From NCBI GenBank assembly GCA_964016885.1, contig OZ024748.1:35650001-35714000 (forward strand): a stretch of 64,000 nt of DNA, written 5' to 3'. Made by a program: the position numbers and the translations under genes. Numbering within the stretch: position 1 is the first letter of the stretch; each line of letters opens with the position of its first letter. This document shows, piece after piece, positions 1-15,000 of the stretch. This DNA is from Eledone cirrhosa (lineage: Eukaryota). Below the pieces are notes generated by a model. It saw only the letters and a list, made by a program, of their open reading frames with translations. It ran no database searches and was not told where the DNA came from.

Positions 1-3000
1 ACTGTTGTAGTGCTTTTGTTACAGTTGTTATTGTTGTTGTTACTGTTGTAGTGCTAATGTTACAGTTGTTGTTGTTACTGTTGTAGTGCTATTGTTGCAG
101 TTGTTATTGTTGTTGTTACTGTTGTAATGCTATTGTTACAGTTGTTATTGTTGTTACTGTTGTAGTGCTATTGTTACAGTAGTTATTGTTGTTGTTACTG
201 CTGTAGTGTTAATGTTACAGTTGTTGTTGTTACTGTTGTAGGGCTATTGTTACAGTTGTTATTGTTGTTGTTACTGTTGTAGAGCTATTGTTACAGTTGT
301 TGTTGTTGTTGTTACTGTTGTAGAGCTATTGTTACAGTTGTTATTGTTGTTGTTACTGTTGTAGAGCTATTTTTACAGTTGTTATTTTAGTTGTTACTGT
401 TGTAGATCTATTGTTACAGTTGTTATTGTTGTAGTGCTATTGTTACAGTTGTTATTGTTGTTGTTACTGTTGTAATGCTATTGTTACAGTTGTTGTTGTT
501 ACTGTTGTAGAGCTATTGTTACAGTTGTTATTGTTGTTGTTACTGTTGTAGATCTATTGTTACAGTTGTTATTGTTGTTACTGCTTTAGTGCTATTGTTA
601 CAGTTGTTATTGTTGTTGTTACTGTTGTAGTGCTATTGTTACAGTTGTTATTGTTGTTACTGTTGTAGTGCTATTGTTACAGTTGTTATTGTTGTTACTG
701 TTGTAGTGCTATTGTTACAGTAGTTATTGTTGTTGTTACTGTTGTAATGCTATTGTTACAGTTGTTGTTGTTACTGTTGTAGTGCTATTGTTACAGTTGT
801 TATTGTTGTTGTTACTGTTGCAGTGTTATTGTTACAGTTGTTGTTGTTACTGTTGTATTGCTATTGTTGCAGTTGTTATTGTTGTTGTTACTGTTGTAGA
901 GCTAATGTTACAGTTGTTATTGTTGTTACTGTTGTAGTGCTATTGTTACAGTTGTTATTGTTGTTGTTACTGTTGCAGAGCTATTGTTACAGTTGTTGTT
1001 GTTGTTGTTACTGTTGTAGAGCTATTGTTACAGTTGTTATTGTTGTTGTTACTGTTGTAGAGCTATTTTTACAGATGTTATTTTAGTTGTTACTGTTGTA
1101 GATCTATTGTTACAGTTGTTATTGTTGTAGTGCTATTGATACAGTTGTTATTGTTGTTGTTACTGTTTTAGTGCTATTGTTACAGTTGTTATTTTTGTTG
1201 TTACTGGTTTAGTGCTATTTTTACAGTTGTTATTGTTGTTGTTACTGTTGTAGATCTATTGTTACAGTTGTTATTGTTGTTACTGTTGTAGTGCTATTGT
1301 TAGAGTTGTTATTGTTGTTGTTATTGTTGTAGTGCTATTTTTACTGTTGTTGTTACTGTTGTAGTGCTTTTGTTACAGTTGTTATTGTTGTTGTTACTGT
1401 TGTAGTGCTAATGTTACAGTTGTTGTTGTTACTGTTGTAGTGCTATTGTTGCAGTTGTTATTGTTGTTGTTACTGTTGTAATGCTATTGTTACAGTTGTT
1501 ATTGTTGTTACTGTTGTAGTGCTATTGTTACAGTAGTTATTGTTGTTGTTACTGTTGTAATGCTATTGTTACAGTTGTTGTTGTTACTGTTGTAGTGCTA
1601 TTGTTACAGTTGTTATTGTTGTTGTTACTGTTGCAGTGTTATTGTTACAGTTGTTGTTGTTACTGCTGTATTGCTATTGTTGCAGTTGTTATTGTTGTTG
1701 TTACTGTTGTAGAGCTAATGTTACAGTTGTTATTGTTGTTACTGTTGTAGTGCTATTGTTACAGTTGTTATTGTTGTTGTTACTGTTGCAGAGCTATTGT
1801 TACAGTTGTTGTTGTTACTGTTGTAGTGCTATTGTTACAGTTGTTATTGTTGTTGTTACTGTTGTAGTGCTATTGTTACAGTTGTTATTGTTGTTACTGT
1901 TGTAGTGCTATTGTTACAGTTGTTACTGTTGTTACTGTTGTAGTGCTATTGTTACAGTTGTTATTGTTGTTACTGTTGTAGTGCTATTGTTACAGTTGTT
2001 ACTGTTGTTACTGTTGTAGTGATATTGTTACAGTTGTTATTGTTGTTGTTACTGTTGTAGTTCAATTGTTACTGTTGTTGTTGTTACTGTTGTAGTGCTA
2101 TTGTTAGAGTTGTTATTGTTCTTGTTATTGTTGTAGTGCTATTTTTATTGTTGTTGTTACTGTTGTAGTGCTTTTGTTACAGTTGTTATTGTTGTTGTTA
2201 CTGTTGTAGTGCTAATGTTACAGTTGTTGTTGTTACTGTTGTAGTGCTATTGTTGCAGTTGTTATTGTTGTTGTTACTGTTGTAATGCTATTGTTACAGT
2301 TGTTATTGTTGTTACTGTTGTAGTGCTATTGTTACAGTAGTTATTGTTGTTGTTACTGCTGTAGTGTTAATGTTACAGTTGTTGTTGTTACTGTTGTAGG
2401 GCTATTGTTACAGTTGTTATTGTTGTTGTTACTGTTGTAATGCTATTGTTACAGTTGTTGTTGTTACTGTTGTAGAGCTATTGTTACAGTTGTTATTGTT
2501 GTTGTTACTGTTGTAGATCTATTGTTACAGTTGTTATTGTTGTTACTGCTTTAGTGCTATTGTTACAGTTGTTATTGTTGTTGTTACTGTTGTAGTGCTA
2601 TTGTTACAGTTGTTATTGTTGTTACTGTTGTAGTGCTATTGTTACAGTTGTTACTGTTGTTACTGTTGTAGTGCTATTGTTACAGTTGTTATTGTTGTTA
2701 CTGTTGTAGTGCTATTGTTACAGTTGTTACTGTTGTTACTGTTGTAGTGCTATTGTTACAGTTGTTATTGTTGTTGTTACTGTTGTAGTGCTATTGTTAC
2801 TGTTGTTGTTGTTACTGTTGTAGTGATATTGTTACAGTTGTTATTGTTGTTGTTACTGTTGTAGTTCTATTGTTACTGTTGTTGTTGTTACTGTTGTAGT
2901 GCTATTGTTAGAGTTGTTATTGTTCTTGTTATTGTTGTAGTGCTATTTTTACTGTTGTTGTTACTGTTGTAGTGCTTTTGTTACAGTTGTTATTGTTGTT

Positions 3001-6000
3001 GTTACTGTTGTAGTGCTAATGTTACAGTTGTTGTTGTTACTGTTGTAGTGCTATTGTTGCAGTTGTTATTGTTGTTGTTACTGTTGTAATGCTATTGTTA
3101 CAGTTGTTGTTGTTACTGTTGTAGTGCTATTGTTACAGTTGTTATTGTTGTTGTTACTGTTGTAGAGCTATTGTTACAGTGGTTATTGTTGTTGTTACTG
3201 TTGTAGTGCTATTGTTACAGATGTTATTGTTTTTGTTACTGTTGTAGAGCTATTGTTACAGTTGTCATTGTTGTTGTTACTGTTGTAGTGCTATTGTTAC
3301 AGTTGTTATTGTTGTTGTTACTGTTGTAGTGCTATTGTTACAGTTGTTATTGTTGATGTTACTGTTGTAGAGCTATTGTTACAGTTGTTATTGTTGTTGT
3401 TACTGTTGTAGTGCCATTTTTACAGTTGTTATTGTTGTTGTTACTGTTGTAGAGCTATTGTTAAAGTTGTTATTGTTGTTGTTACTGTTGTAGATCTATT
3501 GTTACAGTTGTTATTGTTGTTACTGCTTTAGTGCTATTGTTACAGTTGTTATTGTTGTTGTTACTGTTGTAGTGCTATTGTTACAGTTGTTATTGTTGTT
3601 ACTGTTGTAGTGCTATTGTTACAGTTGTTACTGTTGTTACTGTTGTAGTGCTATTGTTACAGTTGTTATTGTTGTTACTGTTGTAGTGCTATTGTTACAG
3701 TTGTTACTGTTGTTACTGTTGTAGTGCTATTGTTACAGTTGTTGTTGTTACTGTTGTATTGCTATTGTTGCAGTTGTTATTGTTGTTGTTACTGTTGTAG
3801 AGCTAATGTTACAGTTGTTATTGTTGTTACTGTTGTAGTGCTATTGTTACAGTTGTTATTGTTGTTGTTACTGTTGCAGAGCTATTGTTACAGTTGTTGT
3901 TGTTACTGTTGTAGTGCTATTGTTACAGTTGTTATTGTTGTTGTTACTGTTGTAGTGCTATTGTTACAGTTGTTATTGTTGTTACTGTTGTAGTGCTATT
4001 GTTACAGTTGTTACTGTTGTTACTGTTGTAGTGCTATTGTTACAGTTGTTATTGTTGTTACTGTTGTAGTGCTATTGTTACAGTTGTTACTGTTGTTACT
4101 GTTGTAGTGCTATTGTTACAGTTGTTATTGTTGTTGTTACTGTTGTAGTGCTATTGTTACTGTTGTTGTTGTTACTGTTGTAGTGATATTGTTACAGTTG
4201 TTATTGTTGTTGTTACTGTTGTAGTTCTACTGTTACTGTTGTTGTTGTTACTGTTGTAGTGCTATTGTTAGAGTTGTTATTGTTCTTGTTATTGTTGTAG
4301 TGCTATTTTTACTGTTGTTGTTACTGTTGTAGTGCTTTTGTTACAGTTGTTATTGTTGTTGTTACTGTTGTAGTGCTAATGTTACAGTTGTTGTTGTTAC
4401 TGTTGTAGTGCTATTGTTGCAGTTGTTATTGTTGTTGTTACTGTTGTAATGCTATTGTTACAGTTGTTATTGTTGTTACTGTTGTAGTGCTATTGTTACA
4501 GTAGTTATTGTTGTTGTTACTGCTGTAGTGTTAATGTTACAGTTGTTGTTGTTACTGTTGTAGGGCTATTGTTACAGTTGTTATTGTTGTTGTTACTGTT
4601 GTAGAGCTATTGTTACAGTTGTTGTTGTTGTTGTTACTGTTGTAGAGCTATTGTTACAGTTGTTATTGTTGTTGTTACTGTTGTAGAGCTATTTTTACAG
4701 TTGTTATTTTAGTTGTTACTGTTGTAGATCTATTGTTACAGTTGTTATTGTTGTAGTGCTATTGTTACAGTTGTTATTGTTGTTGTTACTGTTGTAATGC
4801 TATTGTTACAGTTGTTGTTGTTACTGTTGTAGAGCTATTGTTACAGTTGTTATTGTTGTTGTTACTGTTGTAGATCTATTGTTACAGTTGTTATTGTTGT
4901 TACTGCTTTAGTGCTATTGTTACAGTTGTTATTGTTGTTGTTACTGTTGTAGTGCTATTGTTACAGTTGTTATTGTTGTTACTGTTGTAGTGCTATTGTT
5001 ACAGTTGTTATTGTTGTTACTGTTGTAGTGCTATTGTTACAGTAGTTATTGTTGTTGTTACTGTTGTAATGCTATTGTTACAGTTGTTGTTGTTACTGTT
5101 GTAGTGCTATTGTTACAGTTGTTATTGTTGTTGTTACTGTTGCAGTGTTATTGTTACAGTTGTTGTTGTTACTGTTGTATTGCTATTGTTGCAGTTGTTA
5201 TTGTTGTTGTTACTGTTGTAGAGCTAATGTTACAGTTGTTATTGTTGTTACTGTTGTAGTGCTATTGTTACAGTTGTTATTGTTGTTGTTACTGTTGCAG
5301 AGCTATTGTTACAGTTGTTGTTGTTGTTGTTACTGTTGTAGAGCTATTGTTACAGTTGTTATTGTTGTTGTTACTGTTGTAGAGCTATTTTTACAGATGT
5401 TATTTTAGTTGTTACTGTTGTAGATCTATTGTTACAGTTGTTATTGTTGTAGTGCTATTGATACAGTTGTTATTGTTGTTGTTACTGTTTTAGTGCTATT
5501 GTTACAGTTGTTATTTTTGTTGTTACTGGTTTAGTGCTATTTTTACAGTTGTTATTGTTGTTGTTACTGTTGTAGATCTATTGTTACAGTTGTTATTGTT
5601 GTTACTGTTGTAGTGCTATTGTTAGAGTTGTTATTGTTGTTGTTATTGTTGTAGTGCTATTTTTACTGTTGTTGTTACTGTTGTAGTGCTTTTGTTACAG
5701 TTGTTATTGTTGTTGTTACTGTTGTAGTGCTAATGTTACAGTTGTTGTTGTTACTGTTGTAGTGCTATTGTTGCAGTTGTTATTGTTGTTGTTACTGTTG
5801 TAATGCTATTGTTACAGTTGTTATTGTTGTTACTGTTGTAGTGCTATTGTTACAGTAGTTATTGTTGTTGTTACTGTTGTAATGCTATTGTTACAGTTGT
5901 TGTTGTTACTGTTGTAGTGCTATTGTTACAGTTGTTATTGTTGTTGTTACTGTTGCAGTGTTATTGTTACAGTTGTTGTTGTTACTGCTGTATTGCTATT

Positions 6001-9000
6001 GTTGCAGTTGTTATTGTTGTTGTTACTGTTGTAGAGCTAATGTTACAGTTGTTATTGTTGTTACTGTTGTAGTGCTATTGTTACAGTTGTTATTGTTGTT
6101 GTTACTGTTGCAGAGCTATTGTTACAGTTGTTGTTGTTACTGTTGTAGTGCTATTGTTACAGTTGTTATTGTTGTTGTTACTGTTGTAGTGCTATTGTTA
6201 CAGTTGTTATTGTTGTTACTGTTGTAGTGCTATTGTTACAGTTGTTACTGTTGTTACTGTTGTAGTGCTATTGTTACAGTTGTTATTGTTGTTACTGTTG
6301 TAGTGCTATTGTTACAGTTGTTACTGTTGTTACTGTTGTAGTGATATTGTTACAGTTGTTATTGTTGTTGTTACTGTTGTAGTTCAATTGTTACTGTTGT
6401 TGTTGTTACTGTTGTAGTGCTATTGTTAGAGTTGTTATTGTTCTTGTTATTGTTGTAGTGCTATTTTTACTGTTGTTGTTACTGTTGTAGTGCTTTTGTT
6501 ACAGTTGTTATTGTTGTTGTTACTGTTGTAGTGCTAATGTTACAGTTGTTGTTGTTACTGTTGTAGTGCTATTGTTGCAGTTGTTATTGTTGTTGTTACT
6601 GTTGTAATGCTATTGTTACAGTTGTTATTGTTGTTACTGTTGTAGTGCTATTGTTACAGTAGTTATTGTTGTTGTTACTGCTGTAGTGTTAATGTTACAG
6701 TTGTTGTTGTTACTGTTGTAGGGTTATTGTTACAGTTGTTATTGTTGTTGTTACTGTTGTAGAGCTATTGTTACAGTTGTTGTTGTTGTTGTTACTGTTG
6801 TAGAGCTATTGTTACAGTTGTTATTGTTGTTGTTACTGTTGTAGATCTATTGTTACAGTTGTTATTGTTGTAGTGCTATTGTTACAGTTGTTATTGTTGT
6901 TGTTACTGTTTTAGTGCTATTGTTACAGTTGTTATTTTTGTTGTTACTGTTTTAGTGCTATTTTTACAGTTGTTATTGTTGTTGTTACTGTTGTAGATCT
7001 ATTGTTACAGTTGTTATTGTTGTTACTGTTGTAGTGCTATTGTTACAGTTGTTATTGTTGTTGTTACTGTTGTAATGCTATTGTTACAGTTGTTGTTGTT
7101 ACTGTTGTAGTGCTATTGTTACAGTTGTTATTGTTGTTGTTACTGTTGTAGAGCTATTGTTACAGTGGTTATTGTTGTTGTTACTGTTGTAGTGCTATTG
7201 TTACAGATGTTATTGTTTTTGTTACTGTTGTAGAGCTATTGTTACAGTTGTCATTGTTGTTGTTACTGTTGTAGTGCTATTGTTACAGTTGTTATTGTTG
7301 TTGTTACTGTTGTAGTGCTATTGTTACAGTTGTTATTGTTGATGTTACTGTTGTAGAGCTATTGTTACAGTTGTTATTGTTGATGTTACTGTTGTAGATC
7401 TATTGTTACAGTTGTTATTGTTGTAGTGCTATTGTTACAGTTGTTATTGTTGTTGTTACTGTTGTAATGCTATTGTTACAGTTGTTGTTGTTACTGTTGT
7501 AGAGCTATTGTTACAGTTGTTATTGTTGTTGTTACTGTTGTAGATCTATTGTTACAGTTGTTATTGTTGTTACTGCTTTAGTGCTATTGTTACAGTTGTT
7601 ATTGTTGTTGTTACTGTTGTAGTGCTATTGTTACAGTTGTTATTGTTGTTACTGTTGTAGTGCTATTGTTACAGTTGTTACTGTTGTTACTGTTGTAGTG
7701 CTATTGTTACAGTTGTTATTGTTGTTACTGTTGTAGTGCTATTGTTACAGTTGTTACTGTTGTTACTGTTGTAGTGCTATTGTTACAGTTGTTATTGTTG
7801 TTGTTACTGTTGTAGTGCTATTGTTACTGTTGTTGTTGTTACTGTTGTAGTGATATTGTTACAGTTGTTATTGTTGTTGTTACTGTTGTAGTTCTATTGT
7901 TACTGTTGTTGTTGTTACTGTTGTAGTGCTATTGTTAGAGTTGTTATTGTTCTTGTTATTGTTGTAGTGCTATTTTTACTGTTGTTGTTACTGTTGTAGT
8001 GCTTTTGTTACAGTTGTTATTGTTGTTGTTACTGTTGTAGTGCTAATGTTACAGTTGTTGTTGTTACTGTTGTAGTGCTATTGTTGCAGTTGTTATTGTT
8101 GTTGTTACTGTTGTAATGCTATTGTTACAGTTGTTGTTGTTACTGTTGTAGTGCTATTGTTACAGTTGTTATTGTTGTTGTTACTGTTGTAGAGCTATTG
8201 TTACAGTGGTTATTGTTGTTGTTACTGTTGTAGTGCTATTGTTACAGATGTTATTGTTTTTGTTACTGTTGTAGAGCTATTGTTACAGTTGTCATTGTTG
8301 TTGTTACTGTTGTAGTGCTATTGTTACAGTTGTTATTGTTGTTGTTACTGTTGTAGTGCTATTGTTACAGTTGTTATTGTTGATGTTACTGTTGTAGAGC
8401 TATTGTTACAGTTGTTATTGTTGTTGTTACTGTTGTAATTCCATTTTTACAGTTGTTATTGTTGTTGTTACTGTTGTAGAGCTATTGTTAAAGTTGTTAT
8501 TGTTGTTGTTACTGTTGTAGATCTATTGTTACAGTTGTTATTGTTGTTACTGCTTTAGTGCTATTGTTACAGTTGTTATTGTTGTTGTTACTGTTGTAGT
8601 GCTATTGTTACAGTTGTTATTGTTGTTAATGTTGTAGTGCTATTGTTACAGTTGTTACTGTTGTTACTGTTGTAGTGCTATTGTTACAGTTGTTATTGTT
8701 GTTACTGTTGTAGTGCTATTGTTACAGTTGTTACTGTTGTTACTGTTGTAGTGCTATTGTTACAGTTGTTGTTGTTACTGTTGTATTGCTATTGTTGCAG
8801 TTGTTATTGTTGTTGTTACTGTTGTAGAGCTAATGTTACAGTTGTTATTGTTGTTACTGTTGTAGTGCTATTGTTACAGTTGTTATTGTTGTTGTTACTG
8901 TTGCAGAGCTATTGTTACAGTTGTTGTTGTTACTGTTGTAGTGCTATTGTTACAGTTGTTATTGTTGTTGTTACTGTTGTAGTGCTATTGTTACAGTTGT

Positions 9001-12000
9001 TATTGTTGTTACTGTTGTAGTGCTATTGTTACAGTTGTTACTGTTGTTACTGTTGTAGTGCTATTGTTACAGTTGTTATTGTTGTTACTGTTATAGTGCT
9101 ATTGTTACAGTTGTTACTGTTGTTACTGTTGTAGTGCTATTGTTACAGTTGTTATTGTTGTTGTTACTGTTGTAGTGCTATTGTTACTGTTGTTGTTGTT
9201 ACTGTTGTAGTGATATTGTTACAGTTGTTATTGTTGTTGTTACTGTTGTAGTTCTATTGTTACTGTTGTTGTTGTTACTGTTGTAGTGGTATTGTTAGAG
9301 TTGTTATTGTTCTTGTTATTGTTGTAGTGCTATTTTTACTGTTGTTGTTACTGTTGTAGTGCTTTTGTTACAGTTGTTATTGTTGTTGTTACTGTTGTAG
9401 TGCTAATGTTACAGTTGTTGTTGTTACTGTTGTAGTGCTATTGTTGCAGTTGTTATTGTTGTTGTTACTGTTGTAATGCTATTGTTACAGTTGTTATTGT
9501 TGTTACTGTTGTAGTGCTATTGTTACAGTAGTTATTGTTGTTGTTACTGCTGTAGTGTTAATGTTACAGTTGTTGTTGTTACTGTTGTAGGGCTATTGTT
9601 ACAGTTGTTATTGTTGTTGTTACTGTTGTAGAGCTATTGTTACAGTTGTTGTTGTTGTTGTTACTGTTGTAGAGCTATTGTTACAGTTGTTATTGTTGTT
9701 GTTACTGTTGTAGAGCTATTTTTACAGTTGTTATTTTAGTTGTTACTGTTGTAGATCTATTGTTACAGTTGTTATTGTTGTAGTGCTATTGTTACAGTTT
9801 TTATTGTTGTTGTTACTGTTGTAATGCTATTGTTACAGTTGTTGTTGTTACTGTTGTAGAGCTATTGTTACAGTTGTTATTGTTGTTGTTACTGTTGTAG
9901 ATCTATTGTTACAGTTGTTATTGTTGTTACTGCTTTAGTGCTATTGTTACAGTTGTTATTGTTGTTGTTACTGTTGTAGTGCTATTGTTACAGTTGTTAT
10001 TGTTGTTACTGTTGTAGTGCTATTGTTACAGTTGTTATTGTTGTTACTGTTGTAGTGCTATTGTTACAGTAGTTATTGTTGTTGTTACTGTTGTAATGCT
10101 ATTGTTACAGTTGTTGTTGTTACTGTTGTAGTGCTATTGTTACAGTTGTTATTGTTGTTGTTACTGTTGCAGTGTTATTGTTACAGTTGTTGTTGTTACT
10201 GTTGTATTGCTATTGTTGCAGTTGTTATTGTTGTTGTTACTGTTGTAGAGCTAATGTTACAGTTGTTATTGTTGTTACTGTTGTAGTGCTATTGTTACAG
10301 TTGTTATTGTTGTTGTTACTGTTGCAGAGCTATTGTTACAGTTGTTGTTGTTACTGTTGTAGTGCTATTGTTACAGTTGTTATTGTTGTTGTTACTGTTG
10401 TAGTGCTATTGTTACAGTTGTTATTGTTGTTACTGTTGTAGTGCTATTGTTACAGTTGTTACTGTTGTTACTGTTGTAGTGCTATTGTTACAGTTGTTAT
10501 TGTTGTTACTTTTGTAGTGCTATTGTTACAGTTGTTACTGTTGTTACTGTTGTAGTGCTATTGTTACAGTTGTTATTGTTGTTGTTACTGTTGTAGTGCT
10601 ATTGTTACTGTTGTTGTTGTTACTGTTGTAGTGATATTGTTACAGTTGTTATTGTTGTTGTTACTGTTGTAGTTCTATTGTTACTGTTGTTGTTGTTACT
10701 GTTGTAGTGCTATTGTTAGAGTTGTTATTGTTCTTGTTATTGTTGTAGTGCTATTTTTACTGTTGTTGTTACTGTTGTAGTGCTTTTGTTACAGTAGTTA
10801 TTGTTGTTGTTACTGCTGTAGTGTTAATGTTACAGTTGTTGTTGTTACTGTTGTAGGGCTATTGTTACAGTTGTTATTGTTGTTGTTACTGTTGTAGAGC
10901 TATTGTTACAGTTGTTGTTGTTGTTGTTACTGTTGTAGAGCTATTGTTACAGTTGTTATTGTTGTTGTTACTGTTGTAGAGCTATTTTTACAGTTGTTAT
11001 TTTAGTTGTTACTGTTGTAGATCTATTGTTACAGTTGTTATTGTTGTAGTGCTATTGTTACAGTTGTTATTGTTGTTGTTACTGTTGTATTGCTATTGTT
11101 GCAGTTGTTATTGTTGTTGTTACTGTTGTAGAGCTAATGTTACAGTTATTATTGTTGTTACTGTTGTAGTGCTATTGTTACAGTTGTTATTGTTGTTGTT
11201 ACTGTTGCAGAGCTATTGTTACAGTTGTTGTTGTTACTGTTGTAGTGCTATTGTTACAGTTGTTATTGTTGTTGTTACTGTTGTAATGCTATTGTTACAG
11301 TTGTTGTTGTTACTGTTGTAGAGCTATTGTTACAGTTGTTATTGTTGTTGTTACTGTTGTAGAGCTATTGTTATAGTTGTTATTGTTGTTGTTACTGTTG
11401 TAGGGCTATTGTTACAGATGTTATTGTTTTTGTTACTGTTGTAGGGCTATTTTTACAGTTGTTATTGTTGTTGTTACTGTTGTAGTGCTATTGTTACAGT
11501 TGTTATTGTTGTTGTTACTGTTGTAGAGCTATTGTTACAGTTGTTATTGTTTTTGTTACTGTTGTAGGGCTATTGTTACAGTTGTTATTGTTTTTGTTAC
11601 TGTTGTAGTGCTATTGTTACAGTTGTTATTTTTGTTGTTACTGTTATTGTTACTGTTGTTATTGGTGTTGTTACTGTTGTAGAGCTATTGTTACAGTTGT
11701 AGTGCTATTGTTACAGTTGTTATTGTTGTTGTTACTGTTGTAGAGCTATTGTTACAGTTGTTATTATTGTTGTTACTTTTGTAGTGCTATTGTTACAGTT
11801 GTTATTGTTGTTGTTACTGTTGTAGTGCTATTGTTACAGTTGTTATTGTTGTTACTGTTGTAGTGCTATTGTTACAGATTTTATTGTTGTTACTGTGGTA
11901 GTGCTATTGTTACAGTTGTTATTGTTGTTGTTACTGTTGTAATGCTATTGTTACTGTTGTTGTTATTACTGTTGTAGTGCTATTGTTACAGTTGTTATTC

Positions 12001-15000
12001 TTGTTGTTACTGTTGTAGTGCTATTTTCACAGTTGTTATTGTTGTTGTTACTGTTGTAGTGCTATTGTTACAGTTGGTATTGTTGTTGTTACTGTTGTAG
12101 TTCTATTGTTACAGTTGTTGTTTTTACCGTTATAGTGCTATTGTTACAGCTGTTATTGTTGTTATTACTGTTATAGTGCTATTGTTACAGTTCTTACTGT
12201 TGTTACTGTTGTAGTGCTATTGTTACAGTTGTTATCGCTCTTGTTACTGTTGTAGTGCTATCGTTACTGTTGTTGTTGTTACTGTTGTAATGCTTTTGTT
12301 ACAGTTGTTATTGTCGTTGTTACTGTTGTAGTGCTATTGTTACAGTTGTTATTGTTGTTGTTACTGTTGTAGTGCTATTGTTACAGTTCTTACTGTTGTT
12401 ACTGTTGTAGTGCTATTGTTACAGTTCTTACTGTTGTTACTGTTGTAGTGCTATTGTTACAGTTGTTATCGCTCTTGTTACTGTTGTAGTGCTATTGTTA
12501 CAGTTGTTGTTACTGTTGTAATGCTATTGTTACAGTTGTTATTATTGTTGTTACTGTTGTAGAGCTAATGTTACAGTTGTTATTGTTGTTGTTACTGTTG
12601 TAGAGCTATTGTTTCAGTTGTTATTGTTGTTGTTACTGTTGTATTGCTATTGTTACAGTTGTTATTGTTGTTGTTACTGTTGTAGAGCTAATGTTACAGT
12701 TGTTATTGTTGTTGTTACTGTTGTAGAGCTATTGTTTCAGTTGTTATTGTTGTTGTTACTGTTGTAGTGCTATTGTTACAGTTGTTATTGTTGTTGTTAC
12801 TGTTGTAATGCTATTGTTACAGTTGTTGTTGTTACTGTTGTAGAGCTATTGTTACAGTTGTTATTGTTGTTGTTACTGTTGTAGAGGTATTGTTACAGTT
12901 GTTATTGTTGTTGTTACTGTTGTAATGCTATTGTTACAGTTGTTGTTGTTACTGTTGTAGAGCTATTGTTAGAGTTGTTATTGTTGTTGCAATGCGATTG
13001 TTACAGTTGTTATTGTTGTTGTTACTGTTGTAATGCTATTGTTACAGTTGTTGTTATTACTGTTGTAGTGCTATTGTTACAGTTGTTATTTTTGTTGTTA
13101 CTGTTTTAGTGCTATTTTTACAGTTGTTATTGTTGTTGTTACTGTTGTAATGCTATTGTTACAGTTGTTGTTGTTACTGTTGTAGTGCTATTGTTACAGT
13201 TGTTATTGTTGTTGTTACTGTTGTAGAGCTATTGTTACAGTGGTTATTGTTGTTGTTACTGTGGTAGTGCTATCGTTACAGTTGTTATTGTTGTTGTTAC
13301 TGTTGGAGTGCTATTGTTACAGTTGTTATTGTTGTTGTTACTGTTGTAGTGCCATTTTTACAGTTGTTATTGTTGTTGTTACTGTTGTAGAGCTATTGTT
13401 ACAGTTGTTATTGTTGTTGTTACTGTTGTAGATCTATTGTTACAGTTGTTATTGTTGTTACTGCTGTAGTGCTATTGTTAGAGTTGTTATTGTTGTTGTT
13501 ACTGTTGTAGTGCTATTGTTACAGTTGTTATTGTTGTTACTATTGTAGTGCTATTGTTACAGTTGTTACTGTTGTTACTGTTGTAGTGCTATTGTTACAG
13601 TTGTTATTGTTGTTACTGTTGTAGTGCTATTGTTACAGTTGTTACTGTTGTTACTGTTGTAGTGCTATTGTTACAGTTGTTATTGTTGTTGTTACTGTTG
13701 TAGTGCTATTGTTACTGTTGTTGTTGTTACTGTTGTAGTGATATTGTTACAGTTGTTATTGTTGTTGTTACTGTTGTAGTTCTATTGTTACTGTTGTTGT
13801 TGTTACTGTTGTAGTGCTATTGTTAGAGTTGTTATTGTTCTTGTTACTGTTGTAGTGCTATTTTTACTGTTGTTGTTGTTACTGTTGCAGTGCTTTTGTT
13901 ACAGTTGTTATTGTTGTTGTTACTGTTGTAGTGCTAATGTTACAGTTGTTGTTGTTACTGTTGTAGTGCTATCGTTGCAGTTGTTATTGTTGTTGTTACT
14001 GTTGTAATGCTATTGTTACAGTTGTTATTGTTGTTACTGTTGTAGTGCTATTGTTACAGTAGTTATTGTTGTTGTTACTGTTGTAATGCTATTGTTACAG
14101 TTGTTGTTGTTACTGTTGGATTGCTATTGTTGCAGTTGTTATTGTTGTTGTTACTGTTGTAGAGCTAATGTTACAGTTGTTATTGTTGTTACTGTTGCAG
14201 AGCTATTGTTACAGTTGTTGTTGTTACTGTTGTAGTGCTATTGTTACAGTTGTTATTGTTGTTGTTACTGTTGTAATGCTATTGTTACAGTTGTTGTTGT
14301 TACTGTTGTAGAGCTATTGTTACAGTTGTTATTGTTGTTGTTACTGTTGTAGAGCTATTGTTACAGTTGTTATTGTTGTTGTTACTGTTGTAGGGCTATT
14401 GTTACAGTTGTTATTGTTTTTGTTACTGTTGTAGGGCTATTTTTACAGTTGTTATTGTTGTTGTTAAAGTTGTAGTGCTATTGTTACAGTTGTTATTGTT
14501 GTTGTTACTGTTGTTGTTACTGTTGTAGAGCTATTGTTACAATTGTTATTGTTTTTGTTACTGTTGTAGGGCTATTGTTACAGTTGTTATTGTTTTTGTT
14601 ACTGTTGTAGTGATATTGTTACAGTTGTTATTGTTGTTGTTACTGTTGTAGTTCTATTGTTACTGTTGTTGTTGTTACTGTTGTAGTGGTATTGTTAGAG
14701 TTGTTATTGTTCTTGTTATTGTTGTAGTGCTATTTTTACTGTTGTTGTTACTGTTGTAGTGCTTTTGTTACAGTTGTTATTGTTGTTGTTACTGTTGTAG
14801 TGCTAATGTTACAGTTGTTGTTGTTACTGTTGTAGTGCTATTGTTGCAGTTGTTATTGTTGTTGTTACTGTTGTAATGCTATTGTTACAGTTGTTATTGT
14901 TGTTACTGTTGTAGTGCTATTGTTACAGTAGTTATTGTTGTTGTTACTGCTGTAGTGTTAATGTTACAGTTGTTGTTGTTACTGTTGTAGGGCTATTGTT